This document shows positions 1-13,552 of a DNA stretch of 64,000 nucleotides, in pieces (positions within the stretch are counted from its first letter, which is position 1; the number at the start of each line of letters is the position of its first letter). Under the pieces are notes generated by a model. That model saw only the letters and a program-made list of their open reading frames with translations. It ran no database searches and had not been told where the DNA came from. Origin of the DNA: the human T2T-CHM13v2.0 reference genome, Homo sapiens; assembly GCF_009914755.1 (NCBI RefSeq), contig NC_060932.1. One strand, 5' to 3'. Both the position numbers and the translations under genes were made by a program.

Positions 1-47
1 AAGGACTTTCATTTTTTCTAGTCATTTACAGGTCTCAGATCCCATGG

Positions 48-86
48 TTTTCTTTGTTTGTTTGTTTGTTTGTTTGTTTGTTTTTT
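48..86. repeat. (TTTG)n microsatellite
   Basis: Direct reading. Confidence 0.9.
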
Positions 87-233
87 GGTATCCAGTGCTT
101 TATCTAGAAATCTGTAAGGTATCCATAGGGAACTCATGGTAAGTCATGACAAGACATTAACAGTCTAGCTAAAGTGTTAGGAAAAATCCATTTCAACTTT
201 CCTCGCCTAAAATAGATTTAAAATAGTTAGCTA

Positions 234-249
234 TAGGTAGGTAGGTAGG

Positions 250-280
<31 letters not shown>
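234..280. repeat. Compound (GGTA)n(GATA)n tetranucleotide STR
   Basis: Direct reading. Confidence 0.9.
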
Positions 281-2467
281 AAAAATATAAATAAAATGAT
301 CAAACAGAATGAGATCAGAGAAACTTCATTGCTTATCTACTGCCTTGAGGAAGGGACTTTGTCTTATTTTTTTCTTAAATTTTTTCCTCAAATATTTGAA
401 GCAATATTGAAACTGGGGATAAACTGTTGCAACTTCTTTGTCTGCCTTATCTTGCAACCTGGTAAATAAACAATTTTCAATTTCCTTTTTGAATGCCATT
501 AGAATTATAGAATTTAGACCTGGAAGGAATCAGAAGACATAACTTGGGCCAGTTTGTCCTTGACCTTCAGGTGGTCAACACCAATCAGAAACATCAGCAA
601 TCCCCATACAAGCTGTTCTGTCCACCCCACACACATGCACCTTCTTCCATAATTATGAAAGCTTTCAAAATTATAAAAGTCATTAATGTGTTTTCAGATG
701 AGGTTTTAAGAATGATTCAAGGAAAAATTCAAAGCTTTAGCAAAGATTTTGAGAGTTTCACAGAAAGCACTCACCCCTCCCACTTATCCTTCCCCCAACC
801 CTCATTTTTTTAACAGCTGACACATGTTATTGGCTGGAGAGTTAGGCTTTGAGAAAAGGAGAGACGTCCTAAAAGTTCTATAATTCCTAGGCTAGTTCGG
901 GCATGTTGTCTTAGACATTCCATAACCCAGTTTCCATCACAACCAGCCAGCCTTTAGAGACTGACAGTTGGTAACACAGCTAGTCCTTGCTCAGATTTTA
1001 CTTCGGGTGTTCCCTTCCCGAGCCATTCCCCCCAGGGCAAAATGTAACCTTGAAATAAGGAAGCATCAGTCAAGTGAAGGCTTCTGAGGATTACAGGTAG
1101 GGTAAACTTAATTCCAAACCCATCTCTTAGCACACCTGGCTGATGCAATCACTGCCAATTTAAGTTGAGAAATCACATATCCAAAGGATGTCCTTCTTCT
1201 TCCAGAAGTGTGTTTTGACTTAGTTGATGTTTTTATGGATTAGAATGGTTCAGAAAATAATTACATCAAAAGAAAGAGGGATACCAAGACATTTTCATGG
1301 CTTTTTCTGTCTGCCACTGATCAAAATGAGGTGATAAGTGGGATTAAGGGCTTGTCCCACGTGAACTCCCCACTGTGGCTAGTCCAAGCACAGAAATAAT
1401 GCTTATGTTGAGACAGTAGGAAAAGGTCATGTCTCCTTTCTCCACTTGGGTGGGCAGGGGAAGAGGAGTATCAGTGATGACTGCCCCTTGATGTAGTCCA
1501 CCTCCTTAGGAACTTCTGCTCAGACAATCTCTCCATCTCTGATCACCAAGCAATCAGGTTCTGGCAAGCGGATCACACAGGCTCTTTGAAAATTGAAGAG
1601 AAGCATTTAATTTGCAAAGCATTGTTTAGAATATGTTTTTTAAAAATCACAACAGCAAGTGCAAATTCTTATTGTGTGACAATGCCTACCTAGCCCAGAG
1701 GGTTGGAAATGATTCTTGGGTTGAATCTGGGTTCCAGGATAAGAACTGCATGATTGTATATCAACATATGGGTTCAGGAAGAAGTAATGGCTCACCTGTC
1801 ACATTTTTCCCTATTAAAGTGGCTTCATGGTGCTCATTGAATCTATTAATTTCAGCATTCTTGCATGTATCCTTATAATCACCCTTCAAAGTCATGGTAG
1901 TATCCCCATACTGAAGGAGAGAAAATGATTTCTTTTTGTGTTATTTCCAGATTTGGAAATACACAAAAGTTTTGATATGCATTTACTGTAAGATCGAGAT
2001 TCTTCAAAAGTCAAAATTAATAATAAAGAAAGCCTCAAAGAAAACATAAAGCAAAAGGAGGTGATGTCCAGGCAGAATGAATTGCAAGCCTGGGCAGCAT
2101 CTGCAGGAAGGAGACAGGATTTTTGTAGAGTGATGCTTTCTTAGCGTCCTAAGGTGCCTCTAGACATGCTGTAGCAAATGCACTTGGGTGAAATGGGAGG
2201 GGTGATGGATTAGAAAGGTGCAGCAGCTATTGAGTAGGTACTTATTTTAAACACACCATATGGAACTGAAATTCTCTCTCACTCCCTAATTCTGTAGAAG
2301 GAAAGCAAAGAGTTTGCTACAATTCATCCTCTTAGAACTAGGCTGTAGCTGAGACTCCCCAGCCTTTCCCTAGTCAAGGGTCTATAAATGGCTCAGCCAA
2401 GGGGAATATTCCAACAATCCCTTGTGAAGAGATGTGCCAACTCACTGAGATTTCTATCCTATTGCAG

Positions 2468-2585
2468 TGCCATCGGTAAAGAGAATGAAAAAATGTCTGA
2501 AGGGAATCTCCTCTCGTATATCAGGGCAGGATTCTCCGCCAAGGGTATCTGCAAGCACTTCGAGCATATCAAACTTCACCACCAG
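2468..2585 (+). CDS. KCNU1: KCNU1/SLO3 coding exon (~exon 19, RCK1-RCK2 linker; (V)PSVKRMKKCLKGISSRISGQDSPPRVSASTSSISNFTT(R))
   Basis: Acceptor ttgcag| at 2467 and donor ag|gtaaaa at 2586; 118 nt, phase 1-2; translation matches recalled human SLO3 and joins in frame to 43771. Confidence 0.93.
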
Positions 2586-3326
2586 GTAAAAGCTGCAGAG
2601 AACCCTGGTCTCCTATAGTTTTTTTGAGAATCAGTGGGCCATATATATTGTATTTAAACCAGAATATTTGCTTTATAAACTCCTATACTGACCAATGGAA
2701 TTGTTCCTCCCCAAAATGAGATCATCTCCACCTTGCCCATATCATTAAGCTAATCAAATACACCTCTTTCTTCCATTGCTCAAATCATCTGTACCCATAA
2801 TAACCCAAAAGTTAGATACCCAACTTTCTTTCACACCACCTTTCAGGCACTTTAGAAATGTAAGTTAGAGCCAAATTTTAGCAGCTCCAAATAGCTTTTC
2901 TGTTGTTAATCAATCCCCTATTTCCAATACATTCAAGATGTGATTGTCTTAGTTTTTGCATCTGCAAAATATGGGCAACAAATCCCTCCTCCCTGCCCTT
3001 TTCCTTGCAGCCTTTTAGTACACTAAAACCTCCACTAACCAGAAAGAAGAGTTGGAGGAGGATGACCTGCTTAGTTGATTTTAATTAAAGGGGCAATTCA
3101 AAAGTTCTATTATTCCAAACTTTAATGAAAATGACTCTGTAATATCTTGACAACATTTCAGTTTATTAGGGATAATATACCAGGAAGATCTTTGATGATT
3201 AAAAACTGTGATTATCTAAGGGTAAATATATTATCAAAGAGTCGTTATACTGTGGCATTACATAATGTTATAAATATTTTGTACGTTTTTAATAGTGATT
3301 AAATGAGATTAGGTATTTAAAGCACT

Positions 3327-4120
3327 TTGCTGCTGCAGCCAGTATGGAAAACAATATGCAAGTTCTTCAAAAAATTAAGAATAAAACTACTATATGATCC
3401 AGCAATCCTACTTCTGGGCATTTATTCAAAGAAAACAAAATCAGTATTTCAAAGACAATTCTGTACTCCCATGTTCATTGCAGCAGTATTCGCAATAGCC
3501 AAGATACAGAAACAACCTAAGTGTTATTCAGAAAATGAATGGGATAGGGCTGGGCATAGCAGCTCATGCCTATAATCCCAGTGCTTTAGGAGGCTGAGCT
3601 GGGAGGATTGTTTGAGCCCAGGAGTTTAAGACCAGCCTGGGGCAATATAGAAAGACCCTGTCTCTGCAAAAATTAAAAAAAAAAAAAATGAGCCAGGCCT
3701 GGTGGCACACAACTGTAGTCCTAGCTACTTGGGCTATTGAGATGAGAAGATTGTTTGAGCTCGGGAGTTTGAGGTTACAGTGAGTTGTGTTCATACCACT
3801 GCACTCCAGCCTGAGTGACAGAGCAAGAGCTTGTCAAAAAAAAAAAAAAAAAAAAAGAATGGATAAAGGAAATGTCATACACACACACAGAATATTATTC
3901 ACTCCTAATAAAGAAGGAAATTCCTCCATTTGCAGCAACACGGATGAACCTAATGCACATTATGCTAAGTGAAGTAAGCCAGACACAGAAAAAGAAATAC
4001 TGCACGATATCGCTTATATGTGGACTCTAAAATAGCCAAACTCATAGGAACAGAGTGGAATGGTGGTTTTCAGAAGTGGTGGGTGGGGGAAATGGGGAGC
4101 TGTTGGTCAAAAGGTACCAA
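3327..4120 (+). mobile_element. Old L1 (L1M-type) ORF2 end and 3'UTR fragment, split by an Alu
   Basis: ORF2 C-terminal-like translation YDPAILLLGIY...CTPMFIAAVFAIAK; resumes at 3857. Confidence 0.85.
3548..3856 (+). mobile_element. AluJ-like element
   Basis: Alu dimer with poly-A tail; aatgg(g)ata TSD-like flanks. Confidence 0.9.
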
Positions 4121-4839
4121 GGAATCACTTTGCTTGATTCCCGGCTGCTAGTATGTCCTCATTAAATGCTGCTTATTATTGCAATGATCAATTCTCATAG
4201 CGAGGAAGGTATTTAGAATTGGGCTGAGAGTGTAATAAGTGCAGAGCCTTCCAATGATGTAGATTTTGCAATAAATCTTTTACTTGTACTTGGTTTTGAT
4301 ACAATTTACCTATTTCTTTTAACACACACAGAGTCCTCTTCCGTTTACCTGAGGATTCTGGATTGTTGGGTCTGGTTAATGGAAATTTTCCTGTACCCTC
4401 CCAAAGGTGGGGTTGGAGTCAAACATCTGAGCCACCAATTTTCCCTTCCTTTTATGCACTTTCTAAGAGCAATATAAAAGTCCGGGAATTACAGTTTGTG
4501 CCCTTCCTGCCTTCCAATCCCAGATTTTATAAAGTGGATGAGATAGCCTATGGGAAAGCACTGAGAAGTAGTTGAAGGAAAGGTCTTGGGGCATTTCAGG
4601 GACCCAAATTTTGCCTGGCTATTTCCAACAACAAAACAGTCACAGATGAGCACTGGAATCTGCAGATGCTTTTTCTCCAAAAATCCTTGGTAAATAGGCA
4701 TTTATTGAGTAGCCTGTACGTGCTAAGTAGGCACCATGCTTGATGCTTTTGTAAATGTAGAAATCATGTTTCAACTTCCATGCTGTCTAGATGGGTGAAC
4801 AAGATGGATTCACATAAAATGAATCAGAGGCCAAAGAAA

Positions 4840-5075
4840 GAATAAGTGATAGTTTTTGACAGCACCGTAAAGTGACTATAGTTAATAACAATATATAGCA
4901 TATTTCAAAATTACTAGAAGAGAAGATGTAAAATGCTCCCAATGCAAAGAAAGGGTTCACCCGTGAGGTGATGGATATTCTAAATACCCTGACTTGATCA
5001 TTACACATTCTACACACATATCAAAATATCACGTGTATCCCATAAATATGTACAAATATTATGCATCAGTACAAA
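4840..5075 (+). mobile_element. L1MA-type 3' end fragment
   Basis: Typical 3'UTR: gtgactatagttaat...gaggtgatggatat...ccctgacttgatcattacacatt...cccataaatatgtacaa. Confidence 0.75.
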
Positions 5076-8000
5076 TATACAGAAAAGAGAGGTTAATTTT
5101 CTTTCCTAAAAAGTACAAGGGAAAGAAGTTGGAAAACTTTCACAATAAAAAATTTTTGCAGTTCAAAATAAACACATAATAAAAGCCAATCAGTTAATCA
5201 ATCAGAAGCCAAATAAAGTGGTAGTCTGTCAAGTGCTACATTGATGGTTCTGGCAGAAGGTAGGGGAAGACGAGGTCAATGAGAGCTGGAAAGATTGTTC
5301 TAGAAAGCTTCCTGTTGGGGGTGGGATTTAGAAAGGTGGGAGACAGTGGGAATCTCAACTTCTGTGAATAGTGTAACATGGATAAAGCCTGGGGGGAATG
5401 TGGCATTTTCCATGCAGCAGCTAGCCAGCCTGACGAGAGGAGAGAATGCACAGTAGAGTGCCGTGGGAAAGTCTCAAATTTATCAAGAACACAGTCTTGG
5501 ATTTTGGTATTGTGCATGCATGCATGTGTGTGTACACTATGTTTATGTTAATGCAAAGTTGTTATAAAAACATGATTCAAACTTGAAAATTGTTTGTGAA
5601 GACATAAAGACAACATATGTGATAACACAGAAAATGCTCCAATCATGTTTGTGCTTTTGTTTATTCTCTCCCACGTCTTCTCTGTGATGGTAAAGGGTTG
5701 GCGAGCCATAGATAATCAAACGCCACAGAAAATTCTCAAATGTAATTTTACCCATTCAGTTTCACTGGCTTTTCTTTCTATTCTTTAGCACAGCTGTAAA
5801 AACAAAAATAATTTAACATATCAGAATTTTTCCCATTGGTTTTAATTCTCGTCTGTAATAAACAAGAAAATGGTTTAAAGCAGGCATCTAAAGGGAGAAT
5901 GGATCCAGACAACCTGGTTCATCTGTAGACCCAGTCTGTCAGCCCTATTTCTGGTTGGGGATCCCTAAATATGCTTTTGACCCCAAGTAGACCAGAGATT
6001 GTGATAGTAACCCATGAAGATGATTGCTAAAGCTGATGATTAATTCCCTTGCACTTCTTAATTCAAAATCAAGGTAGGTTTGCATGAATTAAAGAGCTTT
6101 AAAGAAATAAACGAGAGCCACGCTTCAGAGTTTTTTAGATGGTGGTATATCCTTGAACAAATATGTTCCATTTGAGGGTGAGTCTCTGTGATATTTCATC
6201 AACAGAGTTGGTTAGTTCAGGTGACTTACGTACCGTGTTAATGGGTCAGTGATAGAGTACTCCCACTTAGTACCATAGAAAACAGTTTGTGTTTGTTTTG
6301 TGTTTATGTTGTAGGACAAAGGGAGTTCCAGCTAGCAAATTGGCAACATATGTCTAGAGGATCTATGTTTGCCATAACAACAATGAGTGGTAAAATAAAC
6401 TGGATGGCTTAATAGAGACTAGTAGGCATTTTTGGAAAAAAAATGTAAAGTATGTGCTATGTGCTATTTGTGATCCATTTTTTTTATGCCTTAATAGTCT
6501 TATATTCACAAACCAAAAGCAACATATTATTATTTATAGTTTTGCTGACAATGAACTTGATATTTTTAAAGATGTAATCTTCAGGCCACCAGTGGGTTTT
6601 CCAGTAAGTTCAGAAACTACTATTTTCTATTCTTAGTACTTAAAGCATTACAGACAGCCCTAACTTATACAAAAGTTATTATCCAATATTTTATGGTATC
6701 CCTGATGTCTTTCTCTTCCCATAGAATAAGCAATGTTATAAACAGCAGTTATGTTGTCAGGCTAGCACACAAAAGACTGTTTAATAGATGGTAGTTAAAT
6801 ATATATTTGTTGAATGAATAAGTATACAAACATTAGCTCTATTTGCTTGAATTTTATGTCCTTAAATCAAGGGATCACATGATATAAGAGAAAGAAAGTA
6901 TTTCCTGTTTCTTTTCAGGGAGATAAAGTTAGACCTGTGCAGTGTTTTATAGTAAGTGAAAATGAATCTCATTCATTTCTGGAGCTCCCTGGTCCTAGCT
7001 TCCAATTTCTTTACCTTGGCCATTCCACTTTGGGTGAGTTACGACAGTTTTGCCCATTCTACCTATTACACAATTATTTACTATTCTCTGCTTCTTCTCT
7101 ATCAAAACTCTCTTCTTTAGTAAAACTGATTTTAATTAGATATTAGAAAGAAAAGTTTTAGATACAACTGATTTGTATGATGTTGTGACTAATAACACCA
7201 TAACCACAATAAATTATCCAGCTTTCTAAAAAGTAGGTGCGAATAATCTCAAGTGAGTAGTGAAAGATATTTAATCGGTGAAACAAGGCAGAAATTTCCA
7301 AGCATTGTATAACAGACCTGGGCCAGGAGAGGAAAACGTTTTTAATAGAAATGCTTGTTTTGTTTGGCCCTATCACACTTTCCCTGGAAATTCTCCCTAT
7401 TGGGTCTGCTTAAGTCAACTTATGGCCCATATTGAAATCTAAATACTTTTCCATATAACATCCTTTCTCACCATGTCTTAATGGTATCTATGAATGAGAT
7501 CACATTTATAATATCAACTTCATCTCCATCCTCTTTATGTTCTTTTACAGATACCAGGGACCGTAAATGCTATTTTTTTCTCTCTTTGCCAATGTCCAAG
7601 TCAGCCTTAGTTCTTTCAAGGATAAGTGGTCCACAAATATTAGCCATGAGCAATAGCACCTATGGCAGACATGAGCTCCAGATCGCCATCTTCTTAGCTT
7701 ATAAGCTTCAGTTTTCTCATCTGTAAAATGAGATGATATTAGAATCTAATTGAAATGTTGTGAGGATTGGTTGAGACAGGACTGATTCAATTCTTATGTA
7801 GTGCCTAATATACATAGTGAAAATACAGCAAGTGAAAAATGTTTCATGCTGTTGTTGTCATTGTATTTCCTGTCACCCTCTGCCGTCATGTCTCTGGTTC
7901 TTAGACTTCTACGTTTTTGCTACCACTTTCTTTCACATTTTAGTGGAGAGGTTACAGAGTTCAAGACCTCGCAAGATTTAATTCACTGTCTACAACCACC

Positions 8001-10549
8001 ATCTATAGACCACCAGCCTGACAAGCATACCAGCAGGGTTTTCAGTGAAGATCTACGATGCAGTAGTTCCCATTGGTAAGGTCACTTTGCCATGTCCAAG
8101 TCGGCCTATAGCTTGCCATTCTCCCTCCAGAACATTCTTTTCCATGGCAATTCCAGCTCCTTCCTTGGCTATTTTCTAGTGCCTTCCAGTAATCCTATGG
8201 CAGTCTTTCATTTCCAACCAAACTGTAGTCCATCCAGAAGGACTGCCAGGATAGGCTTTGCCAAGCTGGAAGCTTGCTAGTAAGTAGTGCACTGGCCATA
8301 AAGATGTAAGAGGTTCAATCCAACTGGGATAAGTTGTTTGTTTCTTTTCTGGCACATCTATTTCCAGCCCTACATAATTTATGCTCATGCATGACTCCTG
8401 AGACACCTGTCCCTATGACCTCTTATTTTCATGCCCCCTCTGCCATACATACCCTGTTGTCTCAGGAAAAGAAGCTGAGCCCTTCCTCCCTTTTTACTCT
8501 CAGTTCTGTACACTTTATCGAATTCTGTGTTCCAAACTATTCAGGCAAGAGAATCCCCATCTTTTAGCCTCAATGATGTCTGAACTCCTACTGAGAGCCA
8601 GCCTCTGAGTCCACCTAGTGGGGGCAGAAGATCGGATACAAATCACCGTACATGGCTCTTTTCATGTCATATCTGAGCTTTCTACAGAAACTGATCAGAT
8701 GAGATTATCTGAGCAATTCCTTTTATCCCTTCTTATTTTATATTAAGCTTTTAAAACTACTTTCCCTCCAGACAAGCATAGGCTTTCCTATTTGAGTGTA
8801 ATGTAGCCCATAACTAGTAAATCAAAAGCATTCTCTGGTTCTTTCATTCATATAAGCCTACTGAGTGATGCCTTTACTGTAGCATTTCAAATCATGTTCT
8901 GGAAATCTACATTCACTTAACACTATATGGCCAGTATTTCATCTTTCAGAGTTACCTTTCCCCAAGAGTCCCATTGGCACTTATGTTTCCCATTCTATGG
9001 TTTTCCACCTGAGATTTTAGAACCTTTAAAATATGCTTTCTCTCATTTTAATTGATGGTATAATTTGGGACCACCAGAATCCCTAGCAGGGCTATGTGTC
9101 TGCAATGAAGTTTAATAAATATCTTCATCAGGTCTCAATAGCAAGACCAAAGAAGACAGCAGGACTAAATATATTCTCATATAATTATAGGGATAATCTA
9201 GAGGTAGGATTGAAAATATACATACACATATACATATAAAAACTATACTTTTAATCACAATGAGCCTGAGTTCCAAAGACAGATGAAAGAGTTAGGGTGG
9301 CAGGGAATATAAGAATAAGAATTTTGAAAAGATGACTAGATATTTTCCTTCAGATCCTCTAAATACCTCTTTTCTAGTTCTTATTTTGTATTCATAGGTG
9401 AAAATCCCATTTTTGGGAAGCAATGTGCCACAATCCTAGCAAAGTACCATATATATATATATATATACATAGAGAGAGAGAGAGAGAGCGAGCAATAATT
9501 CATCAGGTATGTATTGAATAATCTGATTCTTTAGATTAACAAACAAAATTTTATTGTTATTGCTTAAAAATAGCAGAAAAATAGCTTCAGGCTTCTTAAA
9601 AGCATCAGAATTGTACCATAGAAAAGTCAGCATCTCTCTTCGTTACTGTCATCTCCCTCATCCTGCCTAGCTTCACAGACTATAATAAAGGAGAGACAAG
9701 GCATTTTGTAAATATCTTTGTGAGTCTGTGGACAGGTCTTTTAAAAAACTAAAAACAAATTCTCCTGGAATTACGGGTATGGAAATTGATTTGGCTGGGT
9801 GCTAAGATGAGGAAGTGGCCCTCAGATCATTGCGATAAAAATTACTATGGGATGACTGATCATTTACTGAGTGCATATATTTATTTGCATTAGTTAACTA
9901 CTATTTGCATGCTTTTATTCTTCATTTCATTTATAATCTCCTAAAAGGCAGGAATGAGACCTTGTCTGTTTAGGGTCATATATAAAAGACCAACTCTATA
10001 AGACAAAGTGAAGGTTATGCGAAGCTTAGTCACTGTTTCTAAGTAAAACTCTCTTCAAGGCCTTGAGACATGACTTGCATAGTTTCCAAGAAAAAAAAAT
10101 GTGAAGTAGGCAAATCGCACTGATTTTCACTTTGTGTCATTTGCCCTCTGAGTAACACCTTATCATCATCTTTCTCAGGGGCTCACAGTCCCCAGGTATT
10201 TAAATGTCCTCATCAACATCTATTATTTAAAACTTCATTTGCAAAAACAGAAGAATAAAGTATTAACCCTTCTGGGGCAGCTTCCCTTTCATCATGGATC
10301 AGGGACTTCAGCTAAGGAACAAAGCCCTAACTAACAAATTTCAGGTGTCAACGTATAGGGGAGGTATAATTTTAGGCAACATCCAATAAGAGTCTTCTAC
10401 GTACATCCAATACCACATCTCGAAGCCTATCGCATGCTATGCTATGTTAGCTTTTTGGCTTCAGAAAGAGAGATAAAGGGGGACGCCGCCCCGCCCTGTA
10501 ACTATGGTGGGGGCTCCAGCAGTAAACTGTAGATTGTCAGATCACAGCT

Positions 10550-10730
10550 CTGTGATGTTCATGCTCTGTGACCATAAGCAAGTCACTTACTGTCCTGTGG
10601 CTCAGATCCCCCATCCAGTAAAATAAATAATACAATCTCATAGAAATGATGAGAAGATTAAGTATAAGACTTTGAGAGAAGTTCCCAGCATTGAGTAGTA
10701 AGCCTTCAATAAATGCTAGCAATTATCACT
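10550..10730 (+). mobile_element. MIR fragment
   Basis: gtgacc...gcaagtcactta...ctcag...taaaat...cttcaataaatgctagc MIR-like core. Confidence 0.55.
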
Positions 10731-10812
10731 ACACAAGAGTCAGGAGTTTCCCATAAAATAATTGAAGTCAAGGTCTGGAGAGTCACCACAAAGCAGCTTT
10801 CTGCTAATATTA

Positions 10813-11175
<363 letters not shown>

Positions 11176-11436
11176 CCCCAACAATTTACATCCTGTGGGG
11201 GTGGCAAAGTGGCAGCAGAACTCACCTTTAGTAATAAGAGAGGTAGACCCTGTCTCATTCTCCCCAGGAAGCAATGTGGTCCTTGCCTACTAAGAATAAT
11301 TACTTTCTTTCTTTCCTTCCCCTGGCCCCAACCCCCACCCCTTTCTTTAAAGATATGAGAATGTAAGAATTCTCCACCTATATTAGACCCATGCTTGGCT
11401 CCTAAGACCACGCCAGTTTTGATAGTGAAAGTCAAA

Positions 11437-11712
11437 GACACAACCATAATTGTCCTCCTCAACTTAGCATCAAATATAATGGCTGTTTACCCAACACTAT
11501 AAATTATTGGCTTACACAACACAATATATTATTGGCTTTTATACAATTATTTATACGTTTTAAAATAAACATCAGGAACAAGTGAGTGTGGAATCTGTAA
11601 CAATCCCCATTTAATTGGGAAAATCTTTCTTGCTAAGAGAGGGTTAAGAAAAGGCACTTTTAACAAATTCTTCTCCTTGAACGCCCTTTTCTCTCCCTGC
11701 TCTCTGTTCCAC
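11437..11712 (+). repeat. Local direct duplication 1, copy A (276 bp)
   Basis: Ungapped match to 12690-12965, ~27 mismatches by hand count (~90%). Confidence 0.95.
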
Positions 11713-12689
11713 AGCTGGCTGAGGACTGCAAGCACAAGGCAGGCAGAACTTCAGGGTTGCTGGGCAGCTTTACAAGTTGGCAGCTCTCTTAAGCACATGC
11801 GCAACGATCAGGACAATAAAATATTGTTCATTGCTTCTACCCCACAACCAATTAGGTCAGCTGTAAATATTGGAATTGCTTGGTAAACATGCTGGAAGAT
11901 TGTGCTGACTTGTTAATATAAGTGAAAATGTAATTAGATTTATAACACTTTTTTTCCAAGTCATAATTTACAACAACAACAACAGGAGAAAAAAAATCTC
12001 TTGCAACCTGCTGAAATATCATTATTAAAATGCACATGAAAAGTCAATTATGCCAGAGGGAGGTATTTAAGAGAAGTGAGTTTCCATACCGTGGGATTAC
12101 ACCGTGGGGATTACATATTTCTTATTTATTTTTTTCCCTAGATCTTTTCTGCTGCCAAATGAAAAGGAACAGATATTTTACTTATTTCACTCTGAAATAT
12201 TGCTGCAGATAGTGCTAAGAAGTAAACCAAATAATCTGACTCCCTGGAAACCTACTCAATTCTCTTCAAAGCCCCAGGAAAAGCCGAGTAGTCACCATTC
12301 TTTTTTATTTATAAGCCCATCTCGCTTTAAGCAATAGTCATGTTCCTTAAAACATGTGGAAATCATTTTTTTTCCTAAATGCTATTCTGTTTTACACTCT
12401 AAATGAGTAGATTATTATATAGAATTCTGTGGGGGCAGTCCTTATGTAAAGATAAGAAATAAGCCCTCATTTTCATTTTAAAATCTGGAGTTTCCCCTGC
12501 TCACAGGGTCATAGTGGGAACGCCACTCTACCCTCACTCAAGGATGGTACAGAGTGGCAGGACATTCATGTGATGTCCCAGGCACAGGTGCCACCACGTG
12601 CCCTCCCTGGGCAGGAGGTCTTGGTGGCATCATCCCTGAGCCGGGCTTCATCCCATGAGGAGTGTTTGGGGCTCTGTGGGTTAGGTGAG

Positions 12690-12965
12690 GACACAACCAT
12701 TATTGTCCTCCTCAATTTAGCATCAAATATAAAGGCTGTTTACCCAACACTATAGATTATTAGCTTACCCAACACAATATATTATTGGCTTTCGTACAAT
12801 TATTTATACCTTTTAAAATAAACATCAAGAACAAATGAGTATGGAGTGTGTAACAGTCCCGATTTAATTGGGAAAACCTTTCTTACCGAGAGAAGGTTAA
12901 GAAAAGGCACCTTTAACAGATTTTTCTCCTTGAACGTCCCTTTCCCTCCCTGCTCTCTGTTCCAC
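12690..12965 (+). repeat. Local direct duplication 1, copy B (276 bp)
   Basis: Ungapped match to 11437-11712. Confidence 0.95.
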
Positions 12966-13339
12966 CAGAGGGATTCTGTTCCTTCCTTAGAACCCCTCTG
13001 TTCCTCCCAGAGGGGTTCTAAGCCCACTTCCAATCATAACGCAGCCAGGTTGTTGCCCTTCTGCTTCCTGGTTTCCTCCTAATGAATGTAAGTGGTATTA
13101 TATCTCATCTACATTTAAGGTACCAGTGGGGAAAAAGCTAGTTAAAAAAAATCATAAGGCCATGTATAAATGTGAAAGAAGCTGCCATTTTCTGTCCGTC
13201 TCAAACTTCTAAAATGTTCTGTTTAGATAATGGAAGAAATATTTTAATGCATTTTATTAGGATTGATAGTGCATATATTGCAGATAAATTACTCTTTAGG
13301 GAAAGATTTTGGTGTTGATACATAAGAATCAACCAAAAT

Positions 13340-13552
13340 AAATCACATGTATGTGTGTGTATGTATATACACACATATGTATGACTTATTTATACATACC
13401 AATACATACATACATTACATATATAATTACAGATATATAATATATATTACAGATATATAATAGTGTTTTATATATGTTATTATATATAACATATATACAT
13501 TACAGAGATATATATACACACACACACATTACAGATATATTATATATATACT
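13340..13552. repeat. AT-rich (TA/CA) low-complexity tract with repeated attacagatatat units
   Basis: Direct reading. Confidence 0.8.

Noticed and set aside
2468-2585. Resemblance of SVKRMKKC...SSRISG to the KCNMA1 STREX exon (IYKRMRRAC...SGRVRG)
   Set aside because: Similarity is weak, and the exon phase (1-2) fits the constitutive Slo1 linker exon rather than the symmetric STREX cassette as I recall it
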